Assembly (NCBI GenBank): GCA_029775855.1
Contig: JARVJZ010000001.1
Coordinates: 300,519-364,518, forward strand
DNA from: Nitrososphaeria archaeon
Lineage (GTDB): Archaea > Thermoproteota > Nitrososphaeria > Nitrososphaerales > JAAOZN01
Direction: 5' to 3'
Length of the DNA stretch: 64,000 nt
The first letter of the stretch is position 1; each line of letters opens with the position of its first letter. Of this stretch, positions 39,945 to 49,196 are shown one piece after another. The notes below the pieces were generated by a model. It was not told where the DNA came from. It was given only the letters and a program-made list of their open reading frames with translations, and ran no database searches. Both the position numbers and the translations under genes were made by a program.

Positions 39945-41135
39945 CTACGTTAACTCAGCTTGTATAGCAAACATTTCTAGGATATCCAATACCTCTATAC
40001 CGCTCTTAACCCTTCTGGCGGCTTCAGAAAGCGCTATCTTACAATCAGGACAGGCTGAAACTACTATATCCGCCCTTATAGCACCAGCTTGAAAGAGTCT
40101 CCTTCCAGCTTCTTCTAATCTTCTTAAGGGGTCGACAACTTCAACTATATCACAGACTCCTGCGCCACAGCATCTTGTCTCGACACCGTTCTCAGGAAAC
40201 TCAACAACCTTATTAGCAATCTTAGCTAGTATACGCCTAGGTTCATCATACACATTTAAGCACCTTACAAGCTGGCATGGGTCGTGGTAAGCAACCTTTA
40301 GCTCAGTCTTCTTAAGTTTCTTTAACACGCCTCCCTCTAAGCGCCTATCAACGAGCTGTGTAATATGCTGAACCTTAAAGTATGGTTTTCTGCCAATAAG
40401 TTTTGGGTATTGATTCTTCAACATATACACACAGGAGGGGCAGCTAGAGACAACCATCTTAACTCCAAGCGACTCTATGAACTCAACATTATGAGTAGCG
40501 AGCTCCTTAGTACCAATCCGGTCTCCTATTGCTAAAAGAGGCATGCCGCAGCACCATTCATCTGCACCCAGAATCGTCCAATCTTCGTTTAAAGTGTTTA
40601 GGGTTAAGGATGCCGCATAAGCTATATCTTGACCTTGTGCCCTATAAGATGGCGTACAGCCTACAAAATAAAGTGTTTCCGCAGATTTATTCAACTGTAT
40701 TTTTGCAAGCCCTACAAAATCCACCCACATACTTCTAGCAGAAGTATCAGCGCCGTACGCATTTTTCTTTCCTCTTACAGTATGTTGAAGGTCCACTAAT
40801 GTCTTAGGTATTAGACCTTTAGATGCAAGGAGTCTTCTAAGTCTATATGACAATTCCACTACATCTAATTTATGTATACACTCTAAACATCTACCACATA
40901 AACTGCACTTATAGGTCTCTTTTAACATCTCTATATCAGTTTCACTTAAATTGGATGAGCAGTTAATCGTAAGCAGTCCTTCAGCTATCAAGCTCGGCAG
41001 AGGACGCAACTCGCCACCTTTATCTACCGCGCAGAAGCTTAAACAATTCTTACAAGCAGCGCAAATTTTAAGGGCATTAGTTTCCTCTAAACTCATACTC
41101 TCCATGGTTTGTTTACCTCCTCTAAACACTTTCAC
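39945..41135 (-). CDS. HdrD-like Fe-S oxidoreductase with two CCG domains
   Basis: CAACKNC, CSLCGRC, FVGC, WCCG, CPSC, HDPC, CCGAG, CPDC. Confidence 0.88.
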   Translation of the reverse strand: MKVFRGGKQTMESMSLEETNALKICAACKNCLSFCAVDKGGELRPLPSLIAEGLLTINCSSNLSETDIEMLKETYKCSLCGRCLECIHKLDVVELSYRLRRLLASKGLIPKTLVDLQHTVRGKKNAYGADTSARSMWVDFVGLAKIQLNKSAETLYFVGCTPSYRAQGQDIAYAASLTLNTLNEDWTILGADEWCCGMPLLAIGDRIGTKELATHNVEFIESLGVKMVVSSCPSCVYMLKNQYPKLIGRKPYFKVQHITQLVDRRLEGGVLKKLKKTELKVAYHDPCQLVRCLNVYDEPRRILAKIANKVVEFPENGVETRCCGAGVCDIVEVVDPLRRLEEAGRRLFQAGAIRADIVVSACPDCKIALSEAARRVKSGIEVLDILEMFAIQAELT

Positions 41136-42255
41136 GTAAAGTAGTTTCTCCTTTCTTGAGTCCAGTTTCTATTGTGATGTAGCTTCCTGACTCCTCAGTG
41201 CCTCTGTTTATCGCTATCTCAGCGATAGCTTTTAGGTCGAGGATGCTACACTTTAACTCGCATATAACATTGAGTAAAGCTGTTTTCAGCAGATTGTCGT
41301 CAAACAAGGTTGATATGTTGATAACGCTATTTTCAACTTCTTGAGTTTTCTGTGTAGCTTGTTCTATAGCATAGTTAGCTTTCTCTATATCACGCATAAG
41401 TAAAGCCTCTATCGCTTCTGACTGGATATGCAAAGTAAATCTACCAAGCTCCACAATATAACTGATGATGTCTTTGGACGGTCTTACACCATTCTCCATA
41501 ATCTTGAGAACCCATTTGCATATGCTTTCGTTATGCCTAATCAATGTTTTAAGAATTCTAATTACCGCCCTATTGCCAACCAGCCATAGGTATGACTTCA
41601 CTCCTAGGCTATCAGACATCACTTTATCGCTAGCCGCAGTAAGAAGCTGCCTAATTATCAGCCAATAGATTTTATCACATTCTCCACCTGTAAAGAGCAC
41701 ATTGTCTAAAAGGCTTCTATCCCACTCTAAGAGGGCTCGTAAGATGTTTTCTAACATCGAGTAAGTTAAAAGGTGAAGCCTTCTTATTGAGTTGTCTAGA
41801 GATGGTTTAGTTGGGTCTGCTAGGCTCTGTAGTAGAACGATGTTTTCCGTCTGCTCAACGATATGCAACCCTACTAGCTTCTGTAGGGTTTTATTAACTT
41901 CCATCATCTGTTCTGGTTTAATGCCTTGCCTTGAATGAAGCCAGATCAATTCATGCCCAACCGCATATGCGCCGATAATGAGCCTAGTAAGAAGGGTTTT
42001 AGATCTGATAGAGTCTACATTTATAACACAGACCTTTGGTGCGATGTAGAACTTGTCTCTCATCTTTGACAATCTAAGTGTGTTTTCTCCACCGTCCTCT
42101 GCTAACACATAGTCTCCTTTCTTCAGTTTAATAGATTCAACCCACTCCTTTGGTAAGGTCACAGCTAATGTTGATCTACCAAGTTTCACTACCCTACGCA
42201 TCTGTGGTTTCATACAGTTCTTCGATTGCATATCTGCCTTATATTGTTTATGCAT
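41122..42255 (-). CDS. AbrB-PhoU archaeal regulator (COG0704-like)
   Basis: RRVVKLGRSTLAVTLPKEW AbrB domain followed by PhoU-like helical repeats; real start probably near 42213. Confidence 0.85.
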   Translation of the reverse strand: MHKQYKADMQSKNCMKPQMRRVVKLGRSTLAVTLPKEWVESIKLKKGDYVLAEDGGENTLRLSKMRDKFYIAPKVCVINVDSIRSKTLLTRLIIGAYAVGHELIWLHSRQGIKPEQMMEVNKTLQKLVGLHIVEQTENIVLLQSLADPTKPSLDNSIRRLHLLTYSMLENILRALLEWDRSLLDNVLFTGGECDKIYWLIIRQLLTAASDKVMSDSLGVKSYLWLVGNRAVIRILKTLIRHNESICKWVLKIMENGVRPSKDIISYIVELGRFTLHIQSEAIEALLMRDIEKANYAIEQATQKTQEVENSVINISTLFDDNLLKTALLNVICELKCSILDLKAIAEIAINRGTEESGSYITIETGLKKGETTLRESV

Positions 42256-42318
42256 GTTAAGCAGGTATTAATACCATTACGACTTACTCTATATAGACAG
42301 CTGGGTAAATAGAACGCG

Positions 42319-42714
42319 GTGATGCGTATGGCTAAAAAAAGCAGAATCGAGGAGGTTGTGGGTCAAGTAGTAGTTTCCCCAGATGAGATATGGGCTAAGG
42401 TAGAGGGGAATCCTTCTGCACTGACCGTCAAGGTAGGTATAACTGATAAGCTCCAGAGGGAGCTAGGGAACATAGAGTTCGTGAGAGTGCTGCCTAAAGG
42501 AAGATATGTTGGCAGAGGATACCCATTTGGCTCCATCGAAGCTGGAAGGCGCGTCTTCCTACTAAGAGCACCTATATCAGGCTCAATACAAGAAGTAAAT
42601 GAAGAACTTAGGGCTGACCCAACACTTCTAAACAAAGATCCAACTGGAAGAGGATGGGTAGCTGTCTTAAGACCTATAAACCTCGAGGAAGAGTTAGAGC
42701 ATCTAAGTAAGTAG
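42319..42714 (+). CDS. GcvH-like protein lacking the lipoyl lysine
   Basis: VGITD.LQ..LG.I.FV, IEAGRRVFLLRAPISG, LNKDPTGRGW. Confidence 0.85.
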   Translation: MMRMAKKSRIEEVVGQVVVSPDEIWAKVEGNPSALTVKVGITDKLQRELGNIEFVRVLPKGRYVGRGYPFGSIEAGRRVFLLRAPISGSIQEVNEELRADPTLLNKDPTGRGWVAVLRPINLEEELEHLSK

Positions 42715-42819
42715 CAGCACAGCATATACGCCCATATCCATCTATTTACTTTCTTTATTACAATATAGTCTAATTGGTATTAACATATAAGTAGACCACT
42801 GCATACATATAATCGAGAA

Positions 42820-44262
42820 ATGGGTGTAAAAGAAGAACTTATTGCCTTTTTAGGTGAGCAAGGCATTTCTGATACACAGTCTGAGAAAAAAGTCTACAGC
42901 CACGACTTAGCCCCACTACCTAGCGAAGTTTCTTGGCTCTTTAAAAGCACACCAGACCTAGTAGTTAAACCGAAATCAAAAGAGCAAGTTTCTGAAATTC
43001 TGAAGATTGCAAATAAGTATAAAATACCAGTTACACCTAGAGGCGCAGCAACCTGGGGATACGGAGGAGCGGTGCCCACAAAAGGCGGTATTCTACTCGA
43101 TTTAACCGGCTTAGATCGGATACTTGAGTTTGATAAGAAGAATGGTTTAATCAAAGTTGAATGCGGAGTTGTCTGGCAGAATCTAATAGACCTTCTTGCA
43201 GACACAGAGTGGCGTCTTCCTGTTTGTCCGTCGAGCTCTCCTAGCTCTACCGTTGGCGGTTGGGCTGCTACTGGTGGGTTGGGCTACGGCTCTCTTAAGT
43301 ATGGTAGGTTTGTGGATAATGTAGTTGCAGCTACTGTAGCGCTTCCTTCTGGTGAAATAATTTCTATAGATAAGAGGTCGGCGCCACTAACTCTTGAACA
43401 AGCCTTTTCATCGGAAGGCATACTTTGCATATTTTTAGATCTAACCATTAGACTTGCACCTAAGCTAGAATCAGAGGAACCGTTTCTAGCCTACTTCTAT
43501 CAGCTTCAAGGCGCGTTAAATGCGGCTTTGCGTGTTTTGGAGTCGACAAAGCCTGATACCTTAGTCCTAAGAGCCTTCGGCTTCCTAAAGGCGAGGCGAG
43601 ATAAGCCCATTAAATCAATAGAAGATGCAGAATCTGGCGCAATTTTATTCGGGCTCTACACAGGCGCTAAGCCTGAGGTTGAATCTTGGATGAAAGTTTT
43701 CCGCGATATAGCATTAGAATATGGGGGCAATGTAAGACCTTCCGCAGAAGCTTGGGAAGAATGGAATGAACGCTTCTATCCGCTGAGAATAAAGAAGTGG
43801 GGACCTACAGTCCTAACATCAGACGTTCTAATTCCTGTTAGAGCTTTACATAATATGATACTCTACTCTTGGAGGCTTGGTAAAGATTCTGGCATGGATG
43901 TTGAGCTTGAAGCAATATTTACTTCACCAGAACACGTGCTCTACTTCCCCCTCTTTCTAAGCGACGAAAGAAAGCCGATGAAATACCTTACACACACAGC
44001 CATCACAAAGAAGCTAATAGATGAAGCGGTAAAACACGGAGGGCGCTCCTATGGATATGGAATCTGGAACTCCTTCCACCTAAAGAAGTCAGAACCAGAA
44101 CGGAAGAAAGAGTTTATCACACTTAAGAAGCAGTTAGACCCTAATTCCATTCTCAACCCAGGTAAGACTATTGAAGCAAGATCAAAGTTTGGCTTAGCCT
44201 TACCAGCACCACTTTACTCACTCTTTCTGGACGCGTTATGGATGTTTGGGAAGGTGTTGTAG
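42820..44262 (+). CDS. FAD-binding oxidoreductase (GlcD/VAO family), substrate unknown
   Basis: PVTPRGAATWGYGGAVP, STVGGWAATGG.G, LDPNSILNPGK. Confidence 0.88.
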   Translation: MGVKEELIAFLGEQGISDTQSEKKVYSHDLAPLPSEVSWLFKSTPDLVVKPKSKEQVSEILKIANKYKIPVTPRGAATWGYGGAVPTKGGILLDLTGLDRILEFDKKNGLIKVECGVVWQNLIDLLADTEWRLPVCPSSSPSSTVGGWAATGGLGYGSLKYGRFVDNVVAATVALPSGEIISIDKRSAPLTLEQAFSSEGILCIFLDLTIRLAPKLESEEPFLAYFYQLQGALNAALRVLESTKPDTLVLRAFGFLKARRDKPIKSIEDAESGAILFGLYTGAKPEVESWMKVFRDIALEYGGNVRPSAEAWEEWNERFYPLRIKKWGPTVLTSDVLIPVRALHNMILYSWRLGKDSGMDVELEAIFTSPEHVLYFPLFLSDERKPMKYLTHTAITKKLIDEAVKHGGRSYGYGIWNSFHLKKSEPERKKEFITLKKQLDPNSILNPGKTIEARSKFGLALPAPLYSLFLDALWMFGKVL

Positions 44263-45447
44263 ATGAGTCTATTTAAACTCCCAACACTTCAAAAAACGGA
44301 CATCTTTGCTTGTGCTCAATGCGGCTACTGCGTCAAAAAATGCCCTGTTTATAACGCTCTAAATTGGGAATCCTACTCCCCTAGAGGCAGACTCTACCTG
44401 CTTAAACAGCTACAAGATGAAAACAAATCCTTTTTGGGCAAGTTAATCATAAGAGACAAAATCGACGTAAAAGAAGTCGCTCAAAGGATCTACGATTGTG
44501 CTATATGTGGTAGATGCGAAGAAGCTTGCCACCTAGAGCTTAATCTACCATCCTTATGGGCTAAGGCAAGAGAAGCTTTATTCTCAATAGGTGCAGCACC
44601 CCAACTCCTAACACAAGTCGAAACCACTATACTCAGTAGAAAGAACGTCTTTGGAATGGATGCTGAATCCAGAGGAGACTGGGTCATATATACTGGTGTA
44701 GATGCACCTACCAAGAAGGAAGCTGAAATAGCATACTTCGTCGGATGTGTAACATCATACTCTGGCAGAGTGCAGAGCGTAGCACAAGCAATCGCCAGCT
44801 TATTAAATCACGTAGGCGCAAATTGGACTCTACTAGACGGTGAATGGTGCTGTGGACACCCGCTCTACGTAAGCGGCGCAGTCTCAAAGTATAAGGAGTT
44901 GGCTGAACATAACGTTAAAGCAATCGAATCTACTGGCGCTAAGATTGTAGTAACGGGATGCCCAGGCTGTAGACTCGCACTTGCTGAGGAGTATCCAGCT
45001 ATCCTAGGGTATGAGCCCGACTTTGAGGTGCTACACTTTACACAGCTATTGGATCGGTGGTTATCTGAAGGACGGCTTAAGATTGAGATGGGTGAAGAGC
45101 TCATTACCTATCATGATCCATGTGAACTTGCTAGACTTGGTGGTGTAATCGAGCAGCCTAGAAGAGTAATATCATCGTTAACCAGTAGGTTTGTGGAGCC
45201 TCTTGAAAGAGGTAGAGATGGTGTATGCTGCGGCTCAGGAGGCATGCTAAAAGCCACTAACCCTACGCTCTCTGCTACACTCGCTGAATCAAGACTAAAC
45301 TCTCTTGTGAACACAGGCTCCAGTTTGATACTCTCAGCATGCCCGACTTGTGATCAATCTCTCGCTGAAGCTGCGGTTAAGGCTCAAAGGAGTGTAAGAG
45401 TTGTGGATTTGACTCAGCTAATAGCTGAGCGTCTAGGGTTGATGTAA
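44263..45447 (+). CDS. HdrD/GlcF-like Fe-S oxidoreductase with two CCG domains
   Basis: CAQCGYCVKKCP, SPRGR, CAICGRCEEAC, WCCG, CPGC, HDPCELAR, CCGSGG, CPTC. Confidence 0.9.
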   Translation: MSLFKLPTLQKTDIFACAQCGYCVKKCPVYNALNWESYSPRGRLYLLKQLQDENKSFLGKLIIRDKIDVKEVAQRIYDCAICGRCEEACHLELNLPSLWAKAREALFSIGAAPQLLTQVETTILSRKNVFGMDAESRGDWVIYTGVDAPTKKEAEIAYFVGCVTSYSGRVQSVAQAIASLLNHVGANWTLLDGEWCCGHPLYVSGAVSKYKELAEHNVKAIESTGAKIVVTGCPGCRLALAEEYPAILGYEPDFEVLHFTQLLDRWLSEGRLKIEMGEELITYHDPCELARLGGVIEQPRRVISSLTSRFVEPLERGRDGVCCGSGGMLKATNPTLSATLAESRLNSLVNTGSSLILSACPTCDQSLAEAAVKAQRSVRVVDLTQLIAERLGLM

Positions 45448-45501
45448 ACCTTAACAGTAACTTCTTTAAGAAACCTTTAGAGTAGAGAGTGTGAATAGCG
45501 A

Positions 45502-46611
45502 ATGGTAGGTTTGGAGTCTCCAGAATATGTTAGGACGAGCTTGGCTGGCGCTATGACGCTAGGATTTGTTCCCGGTAGATTTTATAGAGACGCAAAGTCT
45601 TACTGCCTTAACCTCCTTTTGACTTATAGGGATGGCTGTATGGGGAGATGCGCTTATTGCGGTCTCTCGCGTGCACGCCTACCAGATACTCCGTGGTCGG
45701 AGCGGAGCTTTATTAGAGTTGACTGGCCTATAGTTAGACTCGACGATGTTATTGAAAGATTATCTAAAGGTTCCTGTGCAGATGTTGAGCGTATTTGCGT
45801 TTCTATGGTTACTAATGGTAGAGCTAGAATTGACACAATAACCGTAGTTGAGAGAATTAGAAGAGTCTTCGAGCAGATCTCTGTGTTGATAACACCAACA
45901 ATAGTCGATGAAGATTGGTTGAAGGAAACCCATGAGGCTGGTGCTGATATGGTTGGTGTTGCTATAGATGCTGCTACACCCATGCTCTTCGATTTGTTAA
46001 GGGGAAAGAGTGTAGGTGGGCCACATAGGTGGGAGCGTTACTGGAGTATTTTGAAGAGCGCTGTAAAGGTCTTCGGTAGATACAACGCTGGAGTGCACTT
46101 AATTGTTGGTTTAGGGGAAAGCGAATACGATATGGTTAATGCGATTCAACAAGCATATGATCTAGGTGCTTTGACACATCTTTTCTCATTCTTCCCAGAG
46201 GAGAAGTCGCCAATGGAGTTCTACTCACAGCCTCCAATAGGGCAGTATAGGCGGATACAGCTTGCAAGGTATCTGATAAACAAGGGTCTTAGCAGAGCAG
46301 AACATATGAAGTTTGATAGTAGAGGTAGGATAATTGAGTTTGGCGTGGATGAATCAACCCTAGAAGAGAGTATAACCTGTGGCGCTCCCTTCATGACATC
46401 TGGGTGCAGAAGTAAAAACAGAGAAGGTGCTTGCAATCGACCTTACTCTAACTCCACACCATATCAAGCGTTAATAGGTGAAATAAGAAACTACCCCTTC
46501 CAACCAACGGCTGAAGATGTTAAGATCATAAGGCTTCAGCTAAAAGACTATTCTGATATCCCGGTTAAACGGTGGGTAGAGGCTCCTGAGCTGGTGGATG
46601 AAGTGGAGTAA
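45502..46611 (+). CDS. lipS2: Radical SAM lipoyl synthase subunit, LipS2 (TK2248)-type
   Basis: CMGRCAYC radical SAM motif; TSGC...CNRP motif; adjacent to the ligase. S1/S2 numbering is from recalled motifs. Confidence 0.8.
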   Translation: MVGLESPEYVRTSLAGAMTLGFVPGRFYRDAKSYCLNLLLTYRDGCMGRCAYCGLSRARLPDTPWSERSFIRVDWPIVRLDDVIERLSKGSCADVERICVSMVTNGRARIDTITVVERIRRVFEQISVLITPTIVDEDWLKETHEAGADMVGVAIDAATPMLFDLLRGKSVGGPHRWERYWSILKSAVKVFGRYNAGVHLIVGLGESEYDMVNAIQQAYDLGALTHLFSFFPEEKSPMEFYSQPPIGQYRRIQLARYLINKGLSRAEHMKFDSRGRIIEFGVDESTLEESITCGAPFMTSGCRSKNREGACNRPYSNSTPYQALIGEIRNYPFQPTAEDVKIIRLQLKDYSDIPVKRWVEAPELVDEVE

Positions 46612-47630
46612 TGGGGATAATAGACACCTGCCTACAGCAGCCTTTTAATACATTAGCAGAGTTATTCGACCGAGCGGAAGAAATATTAAAGCAGAACTTT
46701 GCAAACAACATTTACCTGTATGCGCCGGGTATGGTGAATTATGAGACAAGCTACTATAAGAGCAGCCCCTTCTCTTTCCCAGCCATCTCAGTTACTGGTA
46801 GGCGATGCTTCCTAAACTGCGACCACTGTGGGGGTAAGTTGCTTGAGAGCATGTTTTCAGCCGAATCGCCAGATAAGCTCTACACTTTGATGAAGCGGCT
46901 CGTTCAGAAGGGTGCTAAAGGTTTTCTGCTAAGCGGCGGCTGCAACTCACAGGGTTATGTTCCACTTGAGCAGTTTTTGCCTGTTGTAGCGAAGATTAAG
47001 CGTGAAGTATCTATTGAAGTGGTTGTTCACTGCGGCTTAGCTCCTTCACATGTAGCCGATGCGCTTGCAGAATCTGGTGTAGACGCAGTTCTACTTGATA
47101 TAGTAGGTTCAGACGCAACAATAAAAGAAGTCTGCCACCTCGATAAATGTGTTGACTCGTTTAACCACCTTCTGAAGACACTCTCTGAGCGCTCTTTGCC
47201 TGTCGTGCCACATATAGTCGTTGGTATGCATTATGGTATGATGCTTGGAGAAAGATATGCTCTAGCGCTTATCTCAAAATATAGACCAGCTGCTGTTGTT
47301 ATAGTAGCCCTTATGCCACTAGAGGGAACGAAGATGATGCACATAGCACCACCCTCACCACAAGACATCGCTCGAGTTATGCTTGCAGCTAGGCTCACTA
47401 TGCCTAACATACCAATAGTGCTGGGCTGCGCTAGGCCTAGAGGAAATCATAGAGTGGCGACAGATGCTTTAGCTGTAAGGTGTGGTGTCAACGGCATAAC
47501 CTATCCAAGCGAATCCCTATTCCATATTTGTACGCGTCGTGGAATCCACCTAGCCTTCTCAGAAAAGTGCTGCGGCTTAATATGGAGAGATATCTCTAGT
47601 TCCATAAATAGGGCTGAGTTCAGCATATGA
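46611..47630 (+). CDS. lipS1: Radical SAM lipoyl synthase subunit, LipS1 (TK2109)-type
   Basis: ISVTGRRCFLNCDHC, LSGGC, GCARP and C-terminal CC motifs. Confidence 0.8.
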   Translation: MGIIDTCLQQPFNTLAELFDRAEEILKQNFANNIYLYAPGMVNYETSYYKSSPFSFPAISVTGRRCFLNCDHCGGKLLESMFSAESPDKLYTLMKRLVQKGAKGFLLSGGCNSQGYVPLEQFLPVVAKIKREVSIEVVVHCGLAPSHVADALAESGVDAVLLDIVGSDATIKEVCHLDKCVDSFNHLLKTLSERSLPVVPHIVVGMHYGMMLGERYALALISKYRPAAVVIVALMPLEGTKMMHIAPPSPQDIARVMLAARLTMPNIPIVLGCARPRGNHRVATDALAVRCGVNGITYPSESLFHICTRRGIHLAFSEKCCGLIWRDISSSINRAEFSI

Positions 47631-49195
47631 AACCTACTTGGAGGCTTTTAGACACTGGCTTAAGATCAGCGGCTGAAAATATGGCCCTAGACGACATTAT
47701 ACTTGAATGTAGATCTAGGAATCTGGTTCCAGACACCTTAAGGTTCCTCCGGTTTAAGCCCCCAGCTGTCCTTGTGGGCTACCACCAAGATGTGCTCCAT
47801 GAAGTCAGATTAGAGTATGTAAAGAGCCGTGGAATCGATGTTAATAGGAGAATCACCGGCGGCGGAGCCATCTACTTTGATGAAAACACAATAGGCTGGG
47901 AGATTATAGCTTCAAAAGCTTCCTTAGACGAATCAATTAAGATAGAAGGTCTCTTCGAAGTAATGTGTAGAGCACCCATAATCGCTTTAAGCAAACTTGG
48001 TCTAGAAGCCAGATTCAGACCTAGAAACGACATCGAAGTCAAAGGTAAAAAGATCTCAGGAACAGGAGGGACTGAGCGTGAGGGTGCTTTCCTCTTTCAA
48101 GGCACACTTCTAACCGACTTCGACATAGAATCCATGATCAAATCTCTTAAAATACCCATAGTCAAGCTGAAAGATAAAGAGATAGCATCAGCAAAGCAGA
48201 GAGTAACTTGTATAAAATGGGAACTAGGCGATACACCATCGTTTGAGGAATTGAAGAGCCTATTAGTTGAAAGCTTCTCAGAGGCTCTCGATGTAAACTT
48301 TAAGGAAGGTGATTTAAGCGAATGTGAACAAAATCTTCTACAGGAGAAGCTCCCCTACTTTCAGTCTGAGGAGTGGATTTACCTAGACCGCCGAGCGCCA
48401 GAAGAGGCTGGTGTGGTAAGAGCTATAAATAAGGCTAAAGGAGGGCTAGTTGAAGTCTCGTTAACCATAGATCGAAGAGCGAAGATCATTAAATCCATAA
48501 TTATAACAGGGGACTTCTTCGCTACACCCTCAAAAGGAGTGCTAGATCTAGAAGCTGCCTTAAAATTTACAAGCTATGAAAGAGAAAGCCTTGAGAAGAC
48601 AATCACCTCAGCATTCAAAGAGAAGAATATAGATATAGTGGGTGTAGAGCCCCAATTCATCGCCAACCTAATCACACAAGCAGTGAACAAGACTAGTCTA
48701 GAAGCCTTCGGAATAACTCTAGACGAAGCAAACTACATACACACCATCAACCTAGACTCAACACCTCTGCTAGACTACAAATGGAGATATCTTCTACTCC
48801 CCTACTGCTCAAAGCTAGTAAGCTGCGCATACCGTAAAGAAGAAGGCTGTGTGCAGTGCGGATTATGCAGCATAGGAGAAGCATACAAGCTAGGTCAAGA
48901 AGCGGGTTTAATCGTAAAAACGATACAAAATTTTGAACATCTTATGGAGGTTCTAGAAGAGGTTAAGCGCTCAAATTCAGCCTACATAGGATGCTGCTGC
49001 GAAGCCTTTTACACAAAACATTTAGATGAACTGCGTGATATAGGAGTTCCAGCTCTTCTACTGGATATTGATGATAAAACGTGCTACGACTTAGGTAAGG
49101 ATGATAAAGCGTATATAGGAACATTCGAGGGTCAGACGACACTAAAACTACCCATACTCACAAAGATCCTAAACACGCTAGCAAGTGTAGCCTAA
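47627..49195 (+). CDS. Lipoate/octanoate:protein ligase with C-terminal accessory domain and Cys-rich DUF116-like domain
   Basis: NMALD, RRITGGGAIY, NDIEVKGKKISGTG, ITGDFF, LLPYCSK...CVQCGLC...GCCCEAF. Confidence 0.9.
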   Translation: MKPTWRLLDTGLRSAAENMALDDIILECRSRNLVPDTLRFLRFKPPAVLVGYHQDVLHEVRLEYVKSRGIDVNRRITGGGAIYFDENTIGWEIIASKASLDESIKIEGLFEVMCRAPIIALSKLGLEARFRPRNDIEVKGKKISGTGGTEREGAFLFQGTLLTDFDIESMIKSLKIPIVKLKDKEIASAKQRVTCIKWELGDTPSFEELKSLLVESFSEALDVNFKEGDLSECEQNLLQEKLPYFQSEEWIYLDRRAPEEAGVVRAINKAKGGLVEVSLTIDRRAKIIKSIIITGDFFATPSKGVLDLEAALKFTSYERESLEKTITSAFKEKNIDIVGVEPQFIANLITQAVNKTSLEAFGITLDEANYIHTINLDSTPLLDYKWRYLLLPYCSKLVSCAYRKEEGCVQCGLCSIGEAYKLGQEAGLIVKTIQNFEHLMEVLEEVKRSNSAYIGCCCEAFYTKHLDELRDIGVPALLLDIDDKTCYDLGKDDKAYIGTFEGQTTLKLPILTKILNTLASVA

Positions 49196-49196
49196 G

